Shown here piece after piece: positions 1 to 9,509 of a stretch of 64,000 nucleotides of DNA (position 1 is the first letter of the stretch; each line of letters opens with the position of its first letter). The position numbers were made by a program, and so were the translations under genes. The notes below the pieces were generated by a model. That model was not told the origin of the DNA. It did no database searches and saw only the letters and a program-made list of their open reading frames with translations. Source of the DNA: an uncultured Pelagibacteraceae bacterium (GTDB taxonomy: Bacteria > Pseudomonadota > Alphaproteobacteria > Pelagibacterales > Pelagibacteraceae); assembly GCA_902589395.1 (NCBI GenBank), contig CACIST010000003.1, positions 13,728 through 77,727 on the forward strand, in the 5' to 3' direction.

Positions 1-1071
1 ACCATTTTTTCTGGCGTTATCTAATGAATTGTATCTTATAAAATTTTCATTCGCATTTAATATTTCTGTCGTACCTCCATTTGCTTCTTGAACACCAGCA
101 AGAATCTTTACAAAATCATCTTGTCCATTTCCATCCAACCCTGTTACTCCTACGATCTCACCTTTTTTAACTTCAAAATTGACTGGTTTACTGTCTGGCC
201 AAACTATTAGGTTTTCAGCTCTCATTACTACTTTGTCTGTTTTAGTTTTTAAAGCAACAGTTTGTGATTTTTCCCCTGTTTCCTCTTTTCCAGTCATTAG
301 GCCAATTAGATTTTTTTCATTTAAATCTTTTTTTTCCAATATTCCGACGTCCTTTCCATCTCTCATTACAGTTGCCTTATCACTAATTCTCACTAACTCT
401 GCAATTCTATGCGTTACAATAAATACAGCCACACCATTATCTCGAAGCTCCCTCATTTTTTTAAAAAGTCTTTCTGTTGAGTCAAAATCAAGTGCTGCCG
501 AGGACTCATCTAAAATTAGTAATTTTATATTCTCTCTTAAGAAAGCTCTTGCTATAGTTATCCAGGCTTTTATTGGAAGAGATAGATTAAATGCTTGAGT
601 ATATGGATCAACATATTCTCCAACTAAATCCTCCATGATTTCTTGAGCTTTCAATACTTTTTCTCTTTGAGTAAGGTTTTTTGCCCAAAAATTATCTGAT
701 CCAACAAATAAATTGTCAACCACAGAAGCCTCCTCGGCAATCATGACTTCTTGAAAAACTGTTGCAATCCCCATATCTCTAGCCATGACCGGAGATGTTG
801 GTGTTTGTCCAAGAACTGATACCTTTCCTTTATCTATTGGTAAAACTCCTGATAAAACTTTAGCTAAAGTACTTTTACCACATCCATTACCGCCAACAAT
901 TGCATGGATTTCTCCAAAATTAGCATTAAAATTTACTCCATTTAAGGCTTTAGTTACTCCAAAATATTTATGAACATCTTGAACGTATATCTCACCTGAA
1001 ACTGTATTTTGATTTCTAGACAGCGCCTCTGTTTGAGAGGCACTGTCTAGATTGTTTTTTTCTGCACTCAT
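1..1071 (-). CDS. Sugar (CUT2) ABC transporter ATP-binding protein, 3'-truncated by window edge
   Basis: Not in the ORF track; manual translation from ATG at 1071: MSAEKNNLDS...GEIHAIVGGNGCGKSTLAK (Walker A)...VFQE...LLILDESSAALD (Walker B)...VTHRIAE...second degenerate NBD GEIVGVTGLDGNGQ; open to position 1; directly downstream of a sugar-type SBP. Confidence 0.92.
   Translation of the reverse strand, partial: MSAEKNNLDSASQTEALSRNQNTVSGEIYVQDVHKYFGVTKALNGVNFNANFGEIHAIVGGNGCGKSTLAKVLSGVLPIDKGKVSVLGQTPTSPVMARDMGIATVFQEVMIAEEASVVDNLFVGSDNFWAKNLTQREKVLKAQEIMEDLVGEYVDPYTQAFNLSLPIKAWITIARAFLRENIKLLILDESSAALDFDSTERLFKKMRELRDNGVAVFIVTHRIAELVRISDKATVMRDGKDVGILEKKDLNEKNLIGLMTGKEETGEKSQTVALKTKTDKVVMRAENLIVWPDSKPVNFEVKKGEIVGVTGLDGNGQDDFVKILAGVQEANGGTTEILNANENFIRYNSLDNARKNG
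1015..1051 (-). promoter_or_regulatory. 16-bp RNA hairpin just after the SBP gene, within the first codons of the ATPase gene
   Basis: Minus strand reads tctagacagtgcctct-caaac-agaggcgctgtctaga; perfect stem with one G-U pair; no U-tract follows. Confidence 0.7.
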
Positions 1072-1091
1072 ACTTTTTAAACAAAAAAGTA

Positions 1092-2288
1092 TTAATGAGA
1101 ATTTATATCATATTTTTCTGGATCAGAAGGATTGTCAAAGAAAGCCTCCACATAAGATCTTGGAGCCCATTTTTCCATCCCTGGATTATCCCAACCGGTA
1201 GAATTTCTATCACAATCTTCATTTAAGATTTGTTTGATTTCATCGAAATTCTTTGTAGCAGGACCAACCAGAATAGATTGGATTCTAGGACCTTGTCCTT
1301 GTAAAGTTCTCATCATCACTTCCATTCCAAGTTCTATTTCATCTCCTGGAGGCCACGCATATATAGCTTCATCTATATAACCTGGATTATTTCTCCAGTA
1401 GCAAAGAGCACCAAGTTCACCACCTAATGCAATTGGTGGAATTGGATCTCTACCTGACTGAAGTAACGCTTGTAAAGTTCCAGTCTCTCCTGAAGATTGA
1501 ACAGCAATACCATCTACTTTTTTAGTATTTGTAGACAACCATTGTGAAAGTTCTTTTTGAGCTATTTGCGAAGTCCAGTTGTGAGCCAACTGTCCAACAA
1601 CATTTACATCTGGATATTCATCTAGTGCCGCAAGCACACCTTTATTTTGTTGGTCAGATGCAGAATAACCTGGGATACCTTCGATAACTATTACATTACC
1701 TTTTTCACCAATTAATTCAGCCATCCACGCTCCAACATAATAACCGACTAGTCTGTAGTTAACAGATGTATTAATTGAATATGGAGAAGTAGTAAAACCA
1801 GTAAAAGATAATGTAGGTATTCCTTTTTCCCAACCATATTTAATCGTAGTATTTAGAGCAGTGATGTTAGAACAACAAATTATAATTGCGTCTACTTTGC
1901 CTCCATCTATCATCTGTCTCATTTGTTGAATTTGAAGCGAGTCGTCCAAGTTTGATTGAGTTATTACAATTTCATCAACCATACCAAGAGCTTTCCACTT
2001 AGGATAGACTACTTCCATTAAACGCTCCATCGCACCTTTTCTCCAAGTGTTACCAGCATATGTGCTAGCATACCCAATTGTCCAAGGTGGTTTTCTAGGA
2101 CTTTTCCAATTTCTCATAACCGCTTCGCCTAATGGTTGGTCGGCATCCATAAAGTCCATGTTATAAACATAATCTTTCATATCTTGTGGAACTTTTTCTA
2201 AGCACTCGTCACATCTGTCTTGTGCTAAAGCAAAGCTAAAAATCCCTAAAAAACTAGAAAATAGAAAGATACTTATAAGTTTTTTCAT
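1092..2288 (-). CDS. Sugar/ribose-family ABC substrate-binding protein
   Basis: Signal peptide ending AxA; KPPWTIGYAS..GNTWR, GNVIVIEGIPGYSASD type-I periplasmic binding fold motifs; purine-rich SD (aagggga); adjacent CUT2 ATPase. Confidence 0.85.
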   Translation of the reverse strand: MKKLISIFLFSSFLGIFSFALAQDRCDECLEKVPQDMKDYVYNMDFMDADQPLGEAVMRNWKSPRKPPWTIGYASTYAGNTWRKGAMERLMEVVYPKWKALGMVDEIVITQSNLDDSLQIQQMRQMIDGGKVDAIIICCSNITALNTTIKYGWEKGIPTLSFTGFTTSPYSINTSVNYRLVGYYVGAWMAELIGEKGNVIVIEGIPGYSASDQQNKGVLAALDEYPDVNVVGQLAHNWTSQIAQKELSQWLSTNTKKVDGIAVQSSGETGTLQALLQSGRDPIPPIALGGELGALCYWRNNPGYIDEAIYAWPPGDEIELGMEVMMRTLQGQGPRIQSILVGPATKNFDEIKQILNEDCDRNSTGWDNPGMEKWAPRSYVEAFFDNPSDPEKYDINSH

Positions 2289-2516
2289 GTTGATTTTCCC
2301 CTTCGTTAATAATTAATTAATAACTCATTTTCTCATATAAAATTTTATTTTTCTACGAATTTTTAAACATTTAGTTATTAGTTTGTTTTTTTTTCCAAAA
2401 ATATTTGTTTATTTTAAATACTAATAGGTTAATAAAAATATTAATTATAATTTAATGAATTATTCTATCAAAGGTTGTATCTATTTAACTTTTTTTGAGA
2501 CTTGTTATACTTATTT

Positions 2517-2840
2517 ATGAAAAAAACTTTTTTGATTTTTTCTTTAATATTAATTTATTCATCAATTTCGTTTGCTGAATTTCAATTGGTACCTACTAAT
2601 TGCACTAAAAAAAAAATTGAAAATTGTGGTGCATATCTTTATGACAAAAAAACTGGCACAACATATTTTTGTAACTCAGAAAAATGTGTAGAAATTCAAG
2701 AAGCATTAGCTGAATATCAGGATCAAGCAGTAAGCAGTTCCTCAGAAAAAAAGGAGTCAAAAAAGTCAAAAATTCCAAAATTTAACAAAAAGAAAAAAGA
2801 AAAGAAATCCAAAATACCTAAATTTAAAAAATCACAATAA
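2517..2840 (+). CDS. Small secreted hypothetical protein with 4 Cys and a Lys-rich repeated tail
   Basis: ATG at 2517 gives MKKTFLIFSLILIYSSISFA signal peptide; tail contains KKSKIPKF twice. Confidence 0.7.
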   Translation: MKKTFLIFSLILIYSSISFAEFQLVPTNCTKKKIENCGAYLYDKKTGTTYFCNSEKCVEIQEALAEYQDQAVSSSSEKKESKKSKIPKFNKKKKEKKSKIPKFKKSQ

Positions 2841-2850
2841 TAACAGTTTT

Positions 2851-3306
2851 TTAATTTGATAATTCAGAAACAGATATTTTAATTGCTGCTCTTATCTCAT
2901 TACAATAATTAAGATCTGTTCCTAAAAAGGTTCCTTTAAAATAACTTTTATTTTTTTTTCCATTTTTTTTCATAAATTCAATATAATCATTGGTTCTTCC
3001 AACAACTCTAATATAAAATTCTTTCTCTGCATCTTTTTTACTCAATCCTTTAATTTTTTTTAGTGTTAGTATACCAAACGGATAAAGATAATTAGCTGAG
3101 TCATAAAACTCATTTGCTAATTTAGGATGATCTTTTTTAATTAACTCAGTTACGGCTGAGTTTATAGAAACACAATCTTCGAGTAACTTATAAGTTAAAT
3201 TATCGTCCATTAATAATTTATTAATATCTGTAAAATTCAAAGGTAATACTTCTTCGGCAGATAATGAATTAATTGTAAATAAAAAAATAAATAATATTTT
3301 TTTCAT
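2851..3306 (-). CDS. Secreted hypothetical protein
   Basis: 151-aa ORF with MKKILFIFLFTINSLSA signal peptide and two Cys; no recognised family. Confidence 0.7.
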   Translation of the reverse strand: MKKILFIFLFTINSLSAEEVLPLNFTDINKLLMDDNLTYKLLEDCVSINSAVTELIKKDHPKLANEFYDSANYLYPFGILTLKKIKGLSKKDAEKEFYIRVVGRTNDYIEFMKKNGKKNKSYFKGTFLGTDLNYCNEIRAAIKISVSELSN

Positions 3307-3324
3307 TAAAATTTTCTAATTTAT

Positions 3325-3891
3325 CTAAATTTTTAAATATTTGTAAATCGATGGGATTATTGTAACAGCTAATACTATTTTAAATAATTCACTCAATATA
3401 AAAGGGTACAATCCAACTGTAAAAGCTTTTTCATATCCAATTATTGATCCTAAATATCCAATACCAATAAAAAAAATAATTATTGTTGCACCAAAAAGTG
3501 AAACAAAGCTTTTAAAATATGATTCATTGAAATTTTTGTCAGCGAAATATCCCACTAACCCTGCTGCAATAGCCATTCCATAAAGATATCCTGCTGTAGG
3601 TCCTGTTAAATAAAGTAATCCTCCACCTTTTGCAAAAACTGGAAGTCCGATAGCTCCTTCAAATAGATAAAGTAAAAGTGTAAAAAAAGCTAATTTAGAT
3701 CCAAATGTCATCCCAATTATAAAGACTACAAATGTTTGCATAGTCATAGGAACTGGCCAGAAAGGAACTTGTACTTTTGATGAAAAAGCTAGAATTAACG
3801 TTCCAATCAACATTAACGAAATATTTTGAAAATAAGTATTTAATCTAAAGTCTGATAGCAAATTTTTTATTAATGTAGAATTATTTTTCAT
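3325..3891 (-). CDS. bioY: Biotin transporter BioY
   Basis: VPFWPVPMTMQTF, GAIGLPVFA, GPTAGYLYG signature segments. Confidence 0.93.
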   Translation of the reverse strand: MKNNSTLIKNLLSDFRLNTYFQNISLMLIGTLILAFSSKVQVPFWPVPMTMQTFVVFIIGMTFGSKLAFFTLLLYLFEGAIGLPVFAKGGGLLYLTGPTAGYLYGMAIAAGLVGYFADKNFNESYFKSFVSLFGATIIIFFIGIGYLGSIIGYEKAFTVGLYPFILSELFKIVLAVTIIPSIYKYLKI

Positions 3892-3944
3892 GAATTAAGC
3901 ATTTAAGCACAATTAAATAAATTTTAAAATAATAAATTAATCTA

Positions 3945-5969
3945 TTAAAATTGTTCTTTTTGTAATTCTTTTATAGGTATATGACACCTAATAGCATTAC
4001 CACTATCAGTTAGTTGCCACGGAGGTATCTCTTTTTTACAGATATCTCCTACAATTCTTGAGCACCTACCTTGAAAACTACAACCTTTTTCTGGTGGTCT
4101 CTCTTCTACGATATCCTCTGCAACTAGTTTAGGTTTTATATCTGGATCAGGTTCTAAAACTGCGCCTAATAAAACCTCAGTATAAGGATGAGATGGAAAT
4201 TTATAAACATGATTTGAAGGTCCTACCTCACAAAGCCTTCCTTGATAAAGAACTGCAACTCTGTCACTTATTGCTCTAACAACAGCTAAATCATGTGATA
4301 CAAAAATATATGTAGTTCCAAAGTCCTCTTTTAGTTGTTGTAATAAATTTAACACAGCAGCTTGTACAGAAACGTCTAATGCAGATGTTACTTCATCGCA
4401 TAAAATTATATCTGGTTTTGCAGCAAAAGCTCTTGCAACTGCTACTCTTTGTTTTTCACCTCCAGATAATTGCCTTGGATATCTAGACATATAAAATTCT
4501 CCAAGTCTTACTTTTTGCAAAAGATCAATAATATTTTTTTTTAATTCTTTACCTTTTAATCCAAAATATAATTTTAAAGGTTGGGCAATAATTTCCTCAA
4601 CTGTATGATTTGGATTCAACGATTCATCAGGGTTTTGAAATATTAATTGAATGATTCTCAAATCATTAGGATCTCTTTCTTTCAAATCAGATGATAAATT
4701 TCTTCTCTCTTCAAATCTTATAAATCCATCTTTAGTTCTCAGCAATCCAGCGATCGATTTAAGTATTGTAGATTTTCCACTTCCTGACTCTCCTACAAGA
4801 GCTATGGTCTCTCCTTTTTTGATATTAATATTAATATCTTTCACTGTTGGATTGTCATCGGAAATTCTGTTAAAAATTTGATCTAGAAGTTTTTGTTTAG
4901 CATAACTTATAGAAACTTCTGATAAGTTTAAAATTTCTTTATCTTTTGAATTGTTCTTAATTTTTTTTACATTTTGGTTAATCTGACTTTCTTTCAAAAG
5001 TTTTTCATAATTAAAACATCTAACGCGAGTATTTAATTCTTTCAAATATTCAAGTTGTGGTGAATTATTTTTACATTTCTCTTCTGAGAAATTACATCTG
5101 TCAAAAAAACTGCAACCACCTTGAATTATCCCAGGTTGAGGTTGACTGCCAGGCATAGACTCTGGCAGGCCAGCTAATGATAATTTTGGTATGGATTTGA
5201 GTAATCCATGTGTATAAGGGTGAATTGGTCTTTTAAGAATATCTCTAGAAGGACCCTCTAAAACAATTTCCCCTGAGTACATTACAATAATGCGATCACT
5301 TACCTGAGCTATTGCTCCTAGATCATGACTCACATAAACCATTGATGTTCCAGTGTCTTTGGCAATGAAATTAAGCAGTTCTAAGACGTGAGCTTGTGTT
5401 GTTACATCCAAGCCAGTAGTAGGTTCATCCAATAGTAAAAGGTCAGGAGTTCCGGCCAATGCCATTGCAACAGCAACTCTTTGTTGTTGTCCCCCGGAAA
5501 GTTCATGGGGATATCGAAGAGCAATTGTTTCTGGTGAAGGAAGTCTCACTTTATTTAACAATTCAGAAATTTTTTGTTCTCTTTCCTCCTCCTTTAAATC
5601 AGAATGCAGCTGTAATGCCTCATCAATTTGATAACCTATTTTTAAATTTGGTGTCAATGCCTGCCCTGCATTTTGAGGTATCATTGCGATTTTTCTACCT
5701 CTGATTTTTTCCAAATCTCTATTTTTCATTTTTAAAAGATTTGATGAATTAAATTCACATTCTCCTCCAATAGTGTAGAGACCATGCTTAACATACCCCA
5801 TCATTGCTAGTGCAAGAGTACTTTTTCCAGATCCAGACTCTCCAACAATACCTACGGTTTCTCCTTTTTTGATATTTGTGGTGATGTTTCTTAATATTAA
5901 AATCTCTTCACCTTTTTTACTTTTAAATCCAATAGATAAATTTTTTACTTTTTGAATTATTTCAGTCAT
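3945..5969 (-). CDS. Peptide/nickel-family ABC transporter, fused double ATP-binding protein (DppD-DppF like)
   Basis: Two GESGSGKST Walker A motifs, LSGGQQQR and LSGGEKQR signatures, two HPYT...GC.F..RC oligo_HPY tails. Confidence 0.95.
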   Translation of the reverse strand: MTEIIQKVKNLSIGFKSKKGEEILILRNITTNIKKGETVGIVGESGSGKSTLALAMMGYVKHGLYTIGGECEFNSSNLLKMKNRDLEKIRGRKIAMIPQNAGQALTPNLKIGYQIDEALQLHSDLKEEEREQKISELLNKVRLPSPETIALRYPHELSGGQQQRVAVAMALAGTPDLLLLDEPTTGLDVTTQAHVLELLNFIAKDTGTSMVYVSHDLGAIAQVSDRIIVMYSGEIVLEGPSRDILKRPIHPYTHGLLKSIPKLSLAGLPESMPGSQPQPGIIQGGCSFFDRCNFSEEKCKNNSPQLEYLKELNTRVRCFNYEKLLKESQINQNVKKIKNNSKDKEILNLSEVSISYAKQKLLDQIFNRISDDNPTVKDININIKKGETIALVGESGSGKSTILKSIAGLLRTKDGFIRFEERRNLSSDLKERDPNDLRIIQLIFQNPDESLNPNHTVEEIIAQPLKLYFGLKGKELKKNIIDLLQKVRLGEFYMSRYPRQLSGGEKQRVAVARAFAAKPDIILCDEVTSALDVSVQAAVLNLLQQLKEDFGTTYIFVSHDLAVVRAISDRVAVLYQGRLCEVGPSNHVYKFPSHPYTEVLLGAVLEPDPDIKPKLVAEDIVEERPPEKGCSFQGRCSRIVGDICKKEIPPWQLTDSGNAIRCHIPIKELQKEQF

Positions 5970-5971
5970 TT

Positions 5972-6865
5972 TTAAACAGGCGCTTTTGTTGATCTATCTA
6001 TACCTAAGGCTTTAGCAAAAGCATCAGCTGTCAAATTGATGCCTATTATTAAGCTGCTTAAACCAACAATTGGAGCTATCACTGACCAATAAGCAAATGA
6101 CATTAGACCTCTTGCGTTTGATATCATCAATCCCCAATCTGGAGTTGGAGGACTAACACCAAAACCTAGGAACGACAAAGAACTAAAGCCAAGTAGCATC
6201 CATGACCATCTCATTGCACCTTCCACTAAAATTGCATCTCTTACATTTGGAATTATCTCGTTCCATATTATTGAAAAATTACTATGCCCTCTTGCTCTAG
6301 CGGATACAATAAAGTCTTTTGCAATAACATCATGGGTTGCAGCTCTTGCTACTCTTACAATTCCTTTACCATAAAAGAAACCTAAAGCAGGTATCAATAC
6401 TTCAGTTGATGTACCTAACAAAGATACAATTAACAACATTGCTAATATCCACGGTATAGATAAAAATGCATCAACAATTCTCATCACTATATCGTCAGTT
6501 TTTCCGCCAACCAGTCCACAAAAAATTCCTAATAGACCGCCCCAAAGTAGTGCTATCAAAGATCCAAAGAAAGTAATTGTTAATGCTGTTCTTCCACCTA
6601 AAATTGTTCTAGTAAAAACATCTCTTCCAAGATCATCAGTTCCAAACCAATACTCAGCCGAAGGAGCCTGTAGCATTAAAGTTGGATTAATTGCTTTAAA
6701 ATCATATGGCGCAATATAAGGGCTAATAAATGCAAGAACTACGTGGAAAATCAATATACTTAAACCAATGAAACCCGATGGTCTTGAGGCCATTGTAATT
6801 ATTATTTCAGCGACTTTTGCGAAATTACTTTTCTTTTCTTCCTGATAAATATTATCCAATTTCAT
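5972..6865 (-). CDS. Peptide/nickel-family ABC permease (DppC like)
   Basis: WFGTDDLGRD, SLSFLGFGVSPPTPDWG motifs. Confidence 0.95.
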   Translation of the reverse strand: MKLDNIYQEEKKSNFAKVAEIIITMASRPSGFIGLSILIFHVVLAFISPYIAPYDFKAINPTLMLQAPSAEYWFGTDDLGRDVFTRTILGGRTALTITFFGSLIALLWGGLLGIFCGLVGGKTDDIVMRIVDAFLSIPWILAMLLIVSLLGTSTEVLIPALGFFYGKGIVRVARAATHDVIAKDFIVSARARGHSNFSIIWNEIIPNVRDAILVEGAMRWSWMLLGFSSLSFLGFGVSPPTPDWGLMISNARGLMSFAYWSVIAPIVGLSSLIIGINLTADAFAKALGIDRSTKAPV

Positions 6866-6866
6866 A

Positions 6867-7823
6867 TTATTTTCTTATCTGTAACGTCTTTAATCTTGGA
6901 TTTAGCATCAATGTCATTAGATCCGCCAATAAATTTATACTGACATATATAGACGCAAGAATTATTGCTAATGCTTGAACTGTAGGTAAATCTCTATTTG
7001 AAATCGACTCAATAACCAATCTTCCAAGACCTGGGTAATTAAATACAACTTCGGTTACAACAACTCCTCCTAATAACCATGCAATTGTTAAAGCTACAAC
7101 ATTAATAGCCGGTAATAATGCATTTGGTAAAACATGTTTAAAAACCATTTTCCAATATGGAACACCTTTTAAAATTGCCATTTGAACATATTCACTTGCC
7201 ATAACTTGAATGACACTTGATCTCACCATCCGCGCCATATGAGCTGTCATAATCATTGCAATAGCGATTACTGGTAAAATAATATTTGGTAATAGTTCTA
7301 AGAATGAAACATCAGTTGGAACAATTACAATTCCTGGCAACCACTCTAACCATATTGCGATTATTAAGATTAATAAAGTAGCACTAATAAACTCTGGGAT
7401 AGTCATCGCAAATATAGTTACTGTTGAAATTGCTACATCAGGCAATTTATCTCTCCAAAGGGCAGTTACTATTCCAAGTATTAAAGCGATTGGTATACCA
7501 ATAAAAATAGCAGCTGATGCTAAAACTAATGAATTTTTAATACGTGGCCCTAGTACCTCTTTAATTGGCATTTCTCCACTCAATGAATAACCAAAATCTC
7601 CTTGAATAGCATTTACTGCCCAGGATATATATCTCTCATATGCAGGAACATTCAAACCTAATCTTCTATAACAAGCTTCTAATTGCTCTCCAAATGCTTG
7701 TCTTTCAAGATACGTTGTACATGCATCACCGGGTAAAATTTCTGTTCCAACAAAAGTGATTAATGATACAATAAATAAAGTTATTAGACCTAATAGAATT
7801 CTCTTTATAATTAAAAAAAGCAT
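6867..7823 (-). CDS. Peptide/nickel-family ABC permease (DppB like)
   Basis: LPGDA, GDFGYS, KHVLPNAL, GGVVVTEVVFNYPGLG, NRDLP motifs. Confidence 0.95.
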   Translation of the reverse strand: MLFLIIKRILLGLITLFIVSLITFVGTEILPGDACTTYLERQAFGEQLEACYRRLGLNVPAYERYISWAVNAIQGDFGYSLSGEMPIKEVLGPRIKNSLVLASAAIFIGIPIALILGIVTALWRDKLPDVAISTVTIFAMTIPEFISATLLILIIAIWLEWLPGIVIVPTDVSFLELLPNIILPVIAIAMIMTAHMARMVRSSVIQVMASEYVQMAILKGVPYWKMVFKHVLPNALLPAINVVALTIAWLLGGVVVTEVVFNYPGLGRLVIESISNRDLPTVQALAIILASIYVSINLLADLMTLMLNPRLKTLQIRK

Positions 7824-7866
7824 AAGAATACTTAAATTTTAAATTATTTATTTAGAAATGAAAGAG

Positions 7867-7898
7867 GTTTTACAGGCCTACTTAAAGGCCTGTAAAAC
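7867..7898 (-). terminator. Intercistronic hairpin (terminator/stabiliser) after the SBP gene
   Basis: gttttacaggcct-acttaa-aggcctgtaaaac: perfect 13-bp inverted repeat between SBP and permease. Confidence 0.75.
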
Positions 7899-7905
7899 AA
7901 AATTA

Positions 7906-9393
7906 TTATTGAACGCTAACTGTGTGCCATCTTATTGAAAAATACTCAACTTCGTCGAGGTTTTTCACTTTAGAAGATGTGACAACCAGTCTAGATACGT
8001 GGTATGGAATCATAGTTCCAGATTCTTCCCATAATGTTTTCTGAGCATTGATGTATGCTGCTTTTCTTTTACTAAATTTTAACTCTCCTCTAGCTTCAGC
8101 TAAATTTTTGTCAAAAGAAGCACTTTTGTAGAAAGACTCGTTCCATTTTGCTTCACTATGATAAGCTTCATGCAAAATACTGTCTGCAGGTCTCTCATTC
8201 CAACGTGTCATTGCTACAGCCTTTTTCATCCAAGTTTCATTCCAATAACTTTTTGAAGGTGTCATTTGGATATCTGCTCTAATGTTAGCTTTTGCAAATT
8301 GTTGTTGTAAAACCTCAGCAATAGTTGGCCATGTTGGTTCTTTTGTAGAAACGTGAATTGTCATATCAATTCCATCTGGATAACCTGCTTCAGCAAGTAA
8401 TTTTTTTGCAGTTGCTGGTTGAGGTGGACAACTCTTCTTCATTCTGTATTGGTCAGAAGGTGCAACAGGAGTATCACAAGATACTGTTGCTGCTCCAGCC
8501 ATAACTAGATCAACTAATTCTTGTCTATCTACAGCTATTCTTACAGCCTTTCTTACTCTCACATCATCAAATGGTGCAACGTCAGTTCTCATTACCATAC
8601 CTCTCCAGTTTCCTGTAGGAATAACTGAAACATTAAACTTTGAGTTACCATCAAATATTTTTTTCTGATTGAATGGAACATATCTATTCATATCTATTTG
8701 ACCTGTAAGTAGAGCTTGAATTCTAGCTTGACCATCTGGGATAGCTATTACATGTACTTCAGCAAGTTTAGGAGCCCCTTCCCAATAATCTGGGTTTGCT
8801 TTAAGAATTGTTGTTCCCTCAGCATCAAATTTTTCTACTATAAAAGGTCCAGTTCCAATACCTGTTTTTCCAATAGTATCACCTGATCCGCTAGGTATCA
8901 TTCTTAATCTATAGTCAGTTAATAAAAGTGGAAAATCTGCAAATGATGTATTCAACTTCATTTTAACTGTGTGTGAGTCTACAATTTCAATATCCGTTAC
9001 TGCACTCATACTTTTCTTAGCAGGCGAACCAATTTCAGGATCTTTAACTCGCATCAAAGAGTATTTTACATCCTCTGCATCGAACTCAGACCCATCATGG
9101 AATTTAACACCTTTTCTTAAATTAAAAGTCCATTCTGTTGCATCAGCATTTCCTGACCAGTCTGTTGCAAGCTCAGGCGATGTAACTCCTTTAAGATCTT
9201 TTCTAACAAGACGGTTCTGTGTCATTATTACTACCTGAAACAGTCGTCCCTTAGTAATTGCGTCTAAATTTGTATCTTTTCCAAAACCAACATCATGAGA
9301 TAATTTAAAAACTCCACTTGATGCATTAGCAAAAGAAAACGTTACAAATAGTGATACCAATGAAACTGATATCAATTTAAAAATGTTTTTCAT
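7906..9393 (-). CDS. ABC substrate-binding protein, family 5
   Basis: Signal peptide; PELATDW..WTFNLRKGVKFHDGSEFDAEDVKYS family-5 signature; GTGPF; SD agagagga. Confidence 0.95.
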   Translation of the reverse strand: MKNIFKLISVSLVSLFVTFSFANASSGVFKLSHDVGFGKDTNLDAITKGRLFQVVIMTQNRLVRKDLKGVTSPELATDWSGNADATEWTFNLRKGVKFHDGSEFDAEDVKYSLMRVKDPEIGSPAKKSMSAVTDIEIVDSHTVKMKLNTSFADFPLLLTDYRLRMIPSGSGDTIGKTGIGTGPFIVEKFDAEGTTILKANPDYWEGAPKLAEVHVIAIPDGQARIQALLTGQIDMNRYVPFNQKKIFDGNSKFNVSVIPTGNWRGMVMRTDVAPFDDVRVRKAVRIAVDRQELVDLVMAGAATVSCDTPVAPSDQYRMKKSCPPQPATAKKLLAEAGYPDGIDMTIHVSTKEPTWPTIAEVLQQQFAKANIRADIQMTPSKSYWNETWMKKAVAMTRWNERPADSILHEAYHSEAKWNESFYKSASFDKNLAEARGELKFSKRKAAYINAQKTLWEESGTMIPYHVSRLVVTSSKVKNLDEVEYFSIRWHTVSVQ

Positions 9394-9417
9394 AATTTCC
9401 TCTCTTTAAAAAAATAA

Positions 9418-9446
9418 AAGGTAACAATTAGCAACTTATATAGCAA
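9418..9446 (-). promoter_or_regulatory. Putative sigma70 promoter of the peptide-family ABC operon
   Basis: Minus strand TTGCTA-17 nt-TACCTT, with TG one base upstream of the -10 box. Confidence 0.45.
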
Positions 9447-9509
9447 CAGTGAAAATGGTTCTTTTTTATTTGTTTTATTGATGTATTTTGATTATTTAAA
9501 AAAAAAATA

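Noticed and set aside
179-973. Plus-strand ORFs 179..598 and 785..973
   Set aside because: Antisense shadows of the minus-strand ABC ATPase, which the track missed because it runs off the window edge
2289-2516. Long AT-rich spacer with short palindromes as a possible ncRNA or origin
   Set aside because: Only A/T palindromes expected by chance; best explained as a divergent promoter region
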